A stretch of DNA of 20,000 nt, from positions 50,299 to 70,298 of the forward strand of contig KZ538461.1 in the NCBI GenBank assembly GCA_000934665.2. The letters are read 5' to 3'. Numbering within the stretch: the stretch's first letter is position 1; each line of letters opens with the position of its first letter. The DNA comes from Catajapyx aquilonaris (Eukaryota). Below, one piece after another: positions 11,204 through 19,785 of the stretch. Position numbers and translations under genes: made by a program. The notes under the pieces were generated by a model. The model had not been told where the DNA came from. It made no database searches and worked only from the letters and a program-made list of their open reading frames with translations.

Positions 11204-11514
11204 TCTTTGTCTTTCGATATCTGAGAAGCATCAAGAATATTCTGCCCGCCAAAATGCTGTCCGCCATGTGCGTGTCCTCCATGGCCATGTCCATGTCCAC
11301 TTTGAAACTGTTGCCCCTGCTGTCCTTGAAATTGCTGTCCCTGCTGTGACTGGAACTGCTGCTGCTGCTGCTGCTGTCCTGTTGGCTGATGAAATTGTTG
11401 CTGTTGTCCTGGTGGCTGCTGGAACTGTCCCTGCCCTGTTGCTGAAGCCTGTTGATACTGTTGGTGCTGTTGCTGTCCCTGGAATTGTTGCTGCTGTGGT
11501 GGCTGGTTTGGTAC
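11204..11514 (-). CDS. MCFD2: MCFD2-like protein, Q-rich/His-Gly exon
   Basis: aactag| ... |gtgagt, 311 nt, phase 0 to phase 2. VPNQPPQQQQFQGQQQHQQYQQ...QFQSGHGHGHGGHAHGGQHFGGQNILDASQISKDK(D). GA|T joins in frame to the 9545 exon. An in-frame TAG just upstream limits the start. Confidence 0.9.
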
Positions 11515-11706
11515 CTAGTTTGTAGTCAATGAATAAATGGAAGCTTTGTGGCACAAAAACAGCAAGAGTCTAGAATGACTTTGACCAGAATGGTAAACAG
11601 AGTTAACAGACCTGCTCTTTGCAATGCAACTGCTAAAATAGCTAAATGTTTATTCTGTTCCAGAAAAGTGCGAGTAAAATAAGAGTAATTGTGATTGTGG
11701 AATATC

Positions 11707-11761
11707 ACCAACAGACTCCAGAAGAGGTGAGACCTACACCGGACTCCTACACCTACCGGAC
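11707..11761 (+). repeat. 55-bp direct copy of Gypsy remnant sequence 10916-10970
   Basis: accaacagactccagaagaggtgagacctacaccggactcctacacctac[c/t]ggac, 1 mismatch. Confidence 0.95.
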
Positions 11762-12077
11762 AGTAACATGTACATTGGAGTTAGCTTACTTTTGTATTCC
11801 ACACTCCCCTGGAAGAGAAAACTGAAACAACTCCAAGAGGGCTCCATGAGGAGGGGGTTACTACAAACATGTGCTGTGCAGTACCTACATGTCCAACAAG
11901 CATAGTTTCAACATGGATGGGTGTTGAATCGTCAGCTGCAACTGCCCTGAAAATTCCATGCATGTGTGATGGTCCCTTCTATGCTTTCCGAGGGGTCAGT
12001 GCAAGAAGAGCATAAGTCCTTTTTTCACTTCACTGGAGTTAGCTCGGTTTTGATTTCCGTGGTTCAATTGATTTATT

Positions 12078-12561
12078 CAGGGTGGCCATAAAGTCTGGAA
12101 CCAATCAGAGTATTGTTTTCTTATTACAGGTGAGCTACGGCACTGACAAAATACAGCCGAGTGGTGTTAATTCTTCTTTGTGGACGAGAGGGATGGATTC
12201 AAAGGGATGTGGCAGCCGAGTTAAATAAGAGAGATCTGGAGGTCAATAAGCCAATTAGCAATTTTCCAACTGCATTACGGCCCATTCAAAGCGTTGCGCA
12301 TGTTTACATGAGTCATGATTGGTCCACGGTGTCAACGCGACCAAAGACCAAAACCGTCGACGGTCTGTGTGAATGGGCCTTTATGGCTTCTTAACCTCTC
12401 CTGATGCTTCCTACTGAACTCAGACACCACTTCCCTCTGCATTCATCCCTCTCGCCCACAAAGAAGAATTAACACCACTCAGTTGTATTTTGTCAGTGCA
12501 ATAGCTCACCTGTAATACGAAAACAATACTCCCATTGGTTCCAGACTTTATGGCCACCCTG
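12078..12561. mobile_element. Tc1/mariner-type MITE with ~130-bp TIRs
   Basis: cagggtggccataaagtctggaaccaat... / ...attggttccagactttatggccaccctg. TA on the right, TT on the left. Confidence 0.9.
12278..12380. mobile_element. Small Harbinger-type MITE nested in the 12078-12561 element
   Basis: tta|cggcccattca ... tgaatgggcct|tta. Confidence 0.7.
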
Positions 12562-12702
12562 TATTTTATCAGTATGTGAAAGTCATAAACTATGTTTACC
12601 CTCGATTGAAGAAATGTAGGTTAGTGTCTCTTTTTTCAAATAAGGTATCTCATTTTTTGTTTCATCTGCAGTTGGTACTACAAAAATCCATGAAAAATCC
12701 AT

Positions 12703-12870
12703 GGGTACATTTCAGTTTCCTGATACCCACTATGGATGTTTTCTGCAACGGCCCTCCCATCTGTTATAGTCAGCATGTCACCTTTCACATTTCCATGGAA
12801 ATGCTATCACATAGCAAAAGAAGTAAGCAGTGTCAACAATGGAACAATTCCATAAGTGCATTCAAAAATG
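12703..12870. repeat. Diverged repeat, inverted partner of ~15853-15982
   Basis: Shared blocks gtttcctgataccca[c]..atggat, atctgttat and agcaaaag.agtaa.cagtgtcaacaat occur as reverse complements at 15853-15982. Ends approximate. Confidence 0.75.
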
Positions 12871-12979
12871 ATTCTTGTCTTTGCCTTTTGCTGCCCCCCT
12901 CCACAGCTTGCTGATACACAAGGTGTAAATGAATTCAACCGACAAACTGGTAGGGGTAACAGAGGGAACCAAGACAAAC

Positions 12980-13494
12980 TTTAAAAATATATATACAGGG
13001 TGCTCAAAAACTCGCGGAAAGTGGCCACGTAGCCTGATAGGGCTCGCAAAACTAATATAGGGATGTGGAAGTAGTTTTGGGCTAACTTGCATAGTTTTTG
13101 CGTACGACGCCTTCAAGATTTCCGAAGATTCATGATGTCACATCCGCCTTGAGGCCCCATTGCGTCATCATACATGCTATTGTGGCTGTTGCCATTGGCA
13201 CTGATTATTGTTGCGAATATTGTCAACTGTGATTGTTGAGAAATAAACAACGATTTCAGTCTGGCAACAATAACGGCTTTCTGGCTGGGATGTGCAAGGT
13301 GCAAGTGCAATTCTCAAATGGTACATTTTGTGAACTCCCCCAGGTGGATTAGTCTGAGGAGATTCCACCCGAAACGAAGCCAGAGACGACCCAACTCTGC
13401 ACGAGATGAAGGGGGAAATCCCGGACTGGGATCGAACCCGGGACCTTAATATCCGTGGGCGCATACGTTTCTGCAGCGCCACTTTGTCTCCCCT
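12980..13494 (-). mobile_element. tRNA-derived SINE-headed insertion with a 12-bp target duplication
   Basis: Minus strand starts aggggagacaaagTGGCGCTGCAG (A-box-like, 13481-13471) and has GGTTCGATCCC (B-box, 13438-13428). Flanked by direct repeats accaagacaaac (12968-12979, 13495-13506). Confidence 0.75.
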
Positions 13495-13684
13495 ACCAAG
13501 ACAAACATATTTGACATAGGAAACCGTGTCCGGAAATGCCATCGAGAGGGGGTTCATAGACAAAGAACGGGTAGGCTCAGAAGCGTCAGGCTGGCGGTGT
13601 TAGCGAGCGGACCGTTTAGTTGCTAGGTGGCGCGTGGATTGTACGCAACTTCGCAATTCCCCATAACCTGGCAAAAACAGACTT

Positions 13685-14865
13685 CCCAGGTAGCACAAAA
13701 AGCTGGGCCAATATTGGACGAATAATGGCCCAATATCTTGAATCTTGGGCAATATTGGCCTATCTAGCCAGTCTGAAGCCAATATTGGGTCGATATTGGC
13801 AGCCGATCTATTGCCATTCAAACTCTCCAAGTAGCACAAAAAGTCGGCCCGACGTAGGAACCAATGTCGGACCGATGTCCCGTGCAGGTCGGCAAATGTC
13901 GGCCGACTTAGCCAGTCTGCGGCCAATCTTGGCCGAATGTAGGGAGCCGACCAACTCGTGCGAAGGCAGATAATAATAACGGTAGCAGCTTTATGCGTGA
14001 CGTCACGAGTTGAGTCTGTAGTCAGGCGTAGGACGGTGGAACTGCACGGTGATCTCTGCTCCGCCTTTGGTCTACAGGCCTACAGCCACCCGCGGGCCTC
14101 ACCGCTGCCCCTAGCTGTAAGGCAGCACAAAAAAAAAAAAAAGGTCCATGATTGGCACGATATTGGCCCATGATCGCGAAACTCTGCATAGCTTGGCTGA
14201 TCTAGCCGGTTTACGGCCAATGTCGGTCCTATAACGGCAGCAAATCTAACCTCGATGTGACTCCCTCAGAAAGCAGTGTGGCGATTGCCGGTCTAAGGCC
14301 AATGTCAGTCCTATAACGGCCGCCCATCTAACCCCGATATAATAGGATCTTGGCAGCTTCCCACGTCGAGATGGCGCTGCTGTCGGATTATTGTCTTCCG
14401 ATTTATCCCACAACAATGCGAATTAATTTTGGCCATTACATGTGTGAAAAGGTGGCAGGTAACTCCACTGCATGCGGCTCATTTACCCCCGAGGTACTTC
14501 ATTGTGACATTAATTTGCTAGAGCCGTTCGATGGCAATGCTGTTTGGTGCGAGCAGGAGAAACCGCGGTATGGAAAGGCGACCTTTTCTGCGAAGCTCAA
14601 CCAGAACAGCCACACAAGCCGGGGACTTACAGACTTCTCTGAAAACAAATAAAGTAATAAACCAACCAACCAGGCTCTGCAACCAACCATCAACCAACGG
14701 CCCTCCAGATGTCACCTGGTCACCAACAAGCTAAATGCTAAAAAGCCACTTCCCAGGTAGCACAGAAATATCGGCCCAATCTAGGTAGAACGGCTGAGCC
14801 AATATCGTACAATATTGGCTCAGCCGTTCTACCTAGATTGGGCCGATATTTCTGTGCTACCTGGG
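13685..14865. mobile_element. CACTA/EnSpm(CMC)-like non-autonomous element
   Basis: Termini cccaggtagcaca ... tgtgctacctggg with TT on both flanks. Many ggccaatatt/ggccga subterminal repeats; terminal-like motifs recur at ~13827, ~14120 and 14752. Superfamily inferred from CCCAG ends and the 2-bp TSD. Confidence 0.65.
14752..14865. repeat. 114-bp near-perfect palindrome
   Basis: Identical 54-bp arms 14752-14805 and 14812-14865 around cgtaca. Confidence 0.95.
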
Positions 14866-15177
14866 TTGTTGTTTATTATCTGTGTGCTACCTAGCATGCT
14901 GGCTTTAGTTGCTAGGTGGCTCTGTTGTTACCAGGTTATTGCGAATTGCGAAATTGTGTACAATTCGCGTGCCACCTAGCAACTAAACGGTCCGCTCCCT
15001 AATACCGCCAGCCTGACGCGTCTGAGCGCACCTGTTCCTTCCCCCTCTAGATGGCGTTTACGGACACGGTTTCCTATGTCAAATATGTTTGTCTTGGTCC
15101 CCTCTATTATCCCTACAAGTTTGTCAGTTGAATTCATTTACACACTGTATATCTCAGTAACTATGCAGTGAAGAAGG

Positions 15178-15675
15178 GGCCCTTTTTGTGTTAATGTTAT
15201 CTGTATGGCTTTACATTACAGCAACATCACTCTCCTTTGTTGTGGCCCTGCCAGGCACAATTTGTCACCCAGCAGGATATTTTTAGTTCGATGAAAGCGG
15301 AAGGGAGGTAGGCGCTTATTGTGGGTTTTCATCCGCCAACAATGCTGTCCTCATTGTGCACCGCAGACCAACGAATGTCATTGTGGCCTTGCCAATTAAT
15401 TTAAAAAACCCATTCAGTTATTTCTTGGGTCACCTACATATAGCTAAGGTTTGTCGTTGGCAAAGCCACAACAGCATTAGTTGGCCTGCAGTGCACAATG
15501 AGGACTGCATTGTTGGCAAATTAAAAACCCCAAATAAGGGCATAGCTCGCTATTCCTTGCATTGAACTAAAAATATCCTGCAGGGCGACGAATAATGCCT
15601 GGTAGGGCCACAACAAAGGACGGTACTGTTGCGGTAACATAAACCCATACAGCATCACCAACACAAAGGGCAACT
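15178..15675. mobile_element. Diverged foldback/MITE with ~220-bp inverted arms
   Basis: ~15178-15395 is the reverse complement of ~15456-15675 (e.g. tcctttgttgtggccct, gcaggatatttttagttc, gccaacaatgc.gtcctcattgtgcac). Ends and TSD not resolved. Confidence 0.75.
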
Positions 15676-15852
15676 CCATACCTGACCCCATTAGGAGCAC
15701 ATAATATTTCATTTCCGCCTCTCCATTCTGAGTACCCGGGTTGGTGTGCAATAAGCGACCAAAGCAGCATGAACGTGACAGCTGAGCAGGACCCAGTGAC
15801 CAAATATGGCTGACTACCCAATGTGGATGCCTACACTCTCCTGGAGCCATAC

Positions 15853-15982
15853 TTTGATGCATATAAATCCCTATTGTTGACACTGTTTACTACTTTTGCT
15901 GTATCTCTATGGAATAACAGATCAGAGTGCTGTTCCAGAATATATCCATGGTGGGTATCAGGAAACGGAAAAGTACCAACCC
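15853..15982. repeat. Diverged repeat, inverted partner of 12703-12870
   Basis: attgttgacactgtttactacttttgct and atccatggtgggtatcaggaaac match the reverse complement of blocks in 12703-12870. Confidence 0.75.
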
Positions 15983-16155
15983 ATGTAAACATAGATTGGG
16001 CCGACCATATTAAAAAGTGCATCCACTTTCACCTTTGACTGCATTCCTGAACTAAAGCCAACAAGACCTTGGTGGAACCTAAGGTCCCCTGGCATTACCA
16101 GACGCTCGAGCAGATTTGTCCCATGTGAAATTGCTAACACCGGAGGACCTCATAC

Positions 16156-16302
16156 CTGGTGAGGCATCTGTCCTGGTTGTTGGTAATGAGTAGGGTTGAC
16201 CCCCGGGGGCAGTCGCATCCCTCCATCATTTTGGTTGGCACCAACAAGCACCAGCAGGCAAAAAGCAACTAACAGCTGTTCCATTTTCACTCGCTGACTA
16301 CC
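16156..16302 (-). CDS. MCFD2: MCFD2-like protein, signal-peptide exon (internal ATG at 16284)
   Basis: ctctttcattttaatag| ... CAG|gtatga. (GSQRVK)MEQLLVAFCLLVLVGANQNDGGMRLPPGVNPTHYQQPGQMPHQ: hydrophobic core ending VGA, then P/Q-rich sequence joining the 11514 exon in phase 0. Confidence 0.88.
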
Positions 16303-16374
16303 CTATTAAAATGAAAGAGTTAGTCACCACCTTGCAGGAATGCCCAAGTAGGGCGTTGGGCGTGGCCGTCTTAC

Positions 16375-16377
16375 CAT
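16375..16377 (-). CDS. MCFD2: Candidate initiator ATG at the 3' end of the preceding exon
   Basis: gacagtATG|gtaaga; 72-bp intron 16303-16374; in frame with the downstream exon; A at -3. Confidence 0.55.
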
Positions 16378-16861
16378 ACTGTCCCTTTCCGGCAACAGCT
16401 GGAGTTCAACCCATTCACTGTCAAAAATTAAAAAAGTTACACGTGTACTCTCACCACTTGCTAGAAACTACTGCAGGAAGCTTCAGGTGGCCGCTACCAG
16501 AGACATCTGCCCCAGTCTGCCCCACTCAGCTGTTTTCATCATAGTTATTACTTTTAAAATTTTTATTGTGCTTAAACTGAAAGGTTCTTTTTTAAATTCA
16601 ATTTTCTGCTATCTTTATGTATTTTATTATAATTTGTTCCCCTAACACAATTTTCCCCCCATAAGTAATGTGGAAGCCATCTTTCTTATAGTCAGATGAT
16701 GCCTGCAGTCTAGGCGCTTCTTCGATTCGCAGGTCACCAAAAGTTGCCAAAAGTGAGGAAATGGGCAGATGACCTGCTGCTTCAAGCACAGCACAGTTGA
16801 TGCGTGTACACAGGACGGGCAAATAATGCCTGGCAAGATTTGTCATTGCGACCAGAAGTAC

Positions 16862-16871
16862 GTGACGTCAC
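16862..16871. promoter_or_regulatory. CRE palindrome upstream of MCFD2
   Basis: GTGACGTCAC about 490 bp upstream of the candidate ATG. Function untested. Confidence 0.3.
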
Positions 16872-17736
16872 ACAGGAAACCAGCCGCGCTTTTCAAATTG
16901 GGGATTGGATTAGTTCCCTCTTCGTGGATGTTTTGCCCCATGGTGCGTGGTTTCAATGCATCTATCATGTGCTATTTATTCATCCAAATGATCTCGTCGT
17001 GTCTCCCACACGTCTCTGTCACTCACTGCCATTCCACTCACTTGGTTTCCTTGCCACTTCCACCCACCTGAGGGACAAAATAATTATTATGCAAGACTAT
17101 ACGAAGACCAAGACTTCGTTGGTAAAATACCCCCTAACATTTCATGCTAGGTGGTCTTTGGCGCAATCTTAGTTATTATTTCCTGGTAACAACATGAAGG
17201 GTAACTTTACAAACGATATAAACGGTTCTATAGGAAGTTTGGTCCCCGGAAATAACGTCCCCGTCGGGGATGTCCACAAGGAAAGAACATGCGAAAGTCA
17301 TGTCATCTAGTGTAATGTAATGTAAGTTTAATATCAATACAAATACAGTGTGTATCGTCATGCTGTCAATATAAAAATTACACAAATGATAAAACCATTA
17401 AATATTCCAATATAAAAACGTCAGAATAAGAGGAGGGACAACACAGCACATTATAGGTAAGCAATATTAATTATTGTCAGACGCACGGCGCCAGACTAAT
17501 GTCAAACCGTAGTGAAGGTTATAAAAAAGATGATCCCCGAAAGGGTCCAAGGAGGCCTATCATGGGGTATCCATTTAGGGCCATATTTACTTGCCGTGAT
17601 TGTTGGGACTCTTGAATGACTGCTGAAATGACCAATGATGGATAATACGTTCTTCCGTATCGTACTCATTTGGTATTGTTGGATTCAATAGGAAAAGACT
17701 TGAAGGTTGGCTGTACCCTGCTTGATCAGCGTATTC

Positions 17737-18173
17737 CAGGGCTATTCAACTGGCGGACCGCGGTCCGGATCCGGACCGTGACGCAATTTTGTCCGGACCG
17801 CGACGATATACAGGGCAGTTTGAAATATAGCATTAGAAGTTACTAATTCATGATTTTTTGGGAAAAAGTGCTTCAAATCTCTTTGAACCCCCACAAAAAT
17901 TTCGCATGCGGCGGGCTGGCTCCCTGCCCTTTACGGCTTGTTCCCCTTGTGCTTATGAAATCGGCGCCCCTCCGAAAAAAATTCTGTACAGGACTTCATA
18001 AAGGGCGAAAATGTCTTAATAGGCCCTTCTACCCTTGCTGGACATATTTCTATTTTCAAAAATGAACCCTGTGGTACCATATAAAATCCATATCATTACC
18101 CCCCCCCCCCGGGGGGGGGGTCCGGACTTTAGGAAAGTTAAATACCTTGTCATAAACTAGTTGAATACCCCTG
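17737..18173. mobile_element. hAT (Buster/Charlie-type) MITE, complete copy
   Basis: 15-bp TIRs cagggctattcaact / agttgaatacccctg and ggaccgcggtccggatccggacc subterminal repeats. Flanks gcgTAttc / gtcTAtac both fit NNNTANNN but match only 5 of 8. Confidence 0.85.
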
Positions 18174-18180
18174 GTCTATA

Positions 18181-18491
18181 CAGCAGAAATAAATATTCTA
18201 TACTTTTATAATCAATGCCGCAGACGCGCCGAATCTTCCGAGGCTATAAGTAGGCAGTAAACTCCCGTGATCGTCAATGTTGATGTGGCAAAAATTTAAA
18301 ATTTTTAAAAATATATAAAATATCATATTAACCAAACTAATCACTGATTTGTGTGTGTGTGTTAATATGATATTTTTTAAAAATTTAATTTCCTCTATTA
18401 TGATGAATGACGATCACCCCTGTTTACTTCTTGCTTGTGGACTCGCAAGATTCTACGCGTCTACGGTAGTAAGTTATAGTTCTCTCTACTG
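18181..18491. mobile_element. Degenerate pogo/Tigger-type MITE
   Basis: ta|cagcaga ... tctactg|ta with imperfect arms over most of its length (ccgcagacgcg..gaatctt/aagattc..cgcgtctacgg; gtgatcgtca/tgacgatcac; aaaatatcatattaac/gttaatatgatatttt). Confidence 0.75.
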
Positions 18492-18521
18492 TACAATGCG
18501 TTCCAACAGCATTGTGTAGTC

Positions 18522-18950
18522 CAGGGATATTCAACTGGCGGACCGCGGTCCGGATTCGGACCGCGACGCAATTTTGTCCGGACCGCGACAATATACGGCA
18601 CAGTTTGAACTAGCATGACAAATTACTAATTCATGATTTTTTGTGGAAAAAGTGCTACCAATTTCATCAAATACACACCTATTCAAATCTCCCACATCTC
18701 ACCTAAGCTCGTGTGACCTTGAACCCCCCAAAAATTTCCCTTTACGGCTTGTTCACCTTGTGCTTACGAAATGGGCCCCCCTCCGAAATTCTTCTGCCTA
18801 CGCCCCTGTACAGGACATCATAAAGGGCGAGTCTTAATATCCCGTCTTGATAGGCCCTTCTACCCTTCTGCACATGTTTCTATTTTCGAATATGAACCCT
18901 GTGGTACCATATAAAATCTATATATTTTTATCCGGGGGGGGGGGGGGGTC
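18522..18950. mobile_element. Second, right-truncated copy of the 17737-18173 hAT MITE
   Basis: Starts cagggatattcaactggcggaccgcggtccgg after gtgTAgtc; colinear with copy 1 up to the G-run; no right TIR seen. Confidence 0.85.
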
Positions 18951-19046
18951 GAAATTCTTCTGGATGGGTTGGATCGGATTTTTCCTGACCACAGGAGTCC
19001 TCCTGCTCTTCCTCTTGCCCATCTTCCTTATTCCTCTTGACAGACA

Positions 19047-19569
19047 ATGAGAAGCTATATGGAAAACGCCATTTTTAATTTTATTCAGCAAGCTGAGGAA
19101 GTGCTTATGTCGGGGAGTACAGTCAGGCCCACCAAAATTACCAACGTCTCCGATGGTGCCGCAAGCCATTTTAAAAACCGCTACCAATTGAATAATGCAC
19201 TTTCCTATCGAAAAACAAGTCCAGAAAGGGAATGGAAATTCACTGCGACTGGGCATTGGAAAGGTCCATGTGACGGAGTCGGAGGACTAATGAAGCACCA
19301 CGCGACACTACACCATCTGACCCATGATGCAGTAGATGCCATCCAGTCTGCAGAAGATTTAGCCAGGGTATTAAGTGCTTCTCTAAAAAACGTGACCATT
19401 ATACAATCATGTAACCCAAGATTGTGTGGAAGCATATCGGAAGCAAAAAAAATATGAATGGGTAGCCATTCCAGCGGCGAAAGGGATTCAAAGTTGCCAT
19501 CATTGGTTCGTGGACAATGGATGTACAATAATGACACGGACATATACTTCTCCTGACAAGAGGAAGTAA
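19047..19569 (+). pseudogene. Frameshifted C-terminal fragment of a DDD transposase, probably Sola2
   Basis: SDGAASHFKNRY...WKFTATGHWKGPCDGVGGLMK...IQSAEDL matches the SDGxxxQ(F/Y)KN / HGKGPCDGxGG signature I associate with Sola2. After frameshifts near 19410-19455 it continues EWVAIPAAKGIQSCHHW...DKRK*. N-terminal part is missing. Confidence 0.75.
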
Positions 19570-19785
19570 CTGTTACTTAAGTACTGTCAAGTAAGTTCCC
19601 TTACTATAATGAAATTCACAACAAAAGTTAGACTATATCAGTTCACGCATATTAATATGCGAACAACTGTACCCAAGTCTATGAGATAGGATACGGAGTG
19701 TTGCAACTGACGAAATATAAATATATTTCACTATTGTTATAATTCATCATGAGTTTATAACTTTAGAAGTAACTGCAAGGGTGTT

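Larger units (their letters stand above)
12919..15147. mobile_element. Tc1/mariner-type long-TIR element hosting a SINE-headed insert and a CACTA-like insert
   Basis: Left arm 12919-12979 plus 13507-13681 is the reverse complement of right arm 14921-15147 (ca[ag/gt]gtgtaaatgaattcaac...accaagacaaacatatttgacataggaaaccgtgtccg...). TA on the right, CA on the left. Confidence 0.85.

Noticed and set aside
11231..11554. Thr/Ala-rich (-) and Ala/Val-rich (+) ORFs
   Set aside because: Shadow frames of the CAG-rich MCFD2 exon.
13420..13494. tRNA gene
   Set aside because: B-box present but no convincing acceptor stem or cloverleaf; context fits a SINE head.
13600..14734. Several 64-117-aa ORFs
   Set aside because: Inside a GC-rich repetitive non-autonomous element; no transposase or other motif recognised.
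13495..15098. Apparent TIR element with 5-bp TSD cccct
   Set aside because: Inverted homology continues to 12919/15147; the left cccct is the SINE 5' end, so the match is coincidental.
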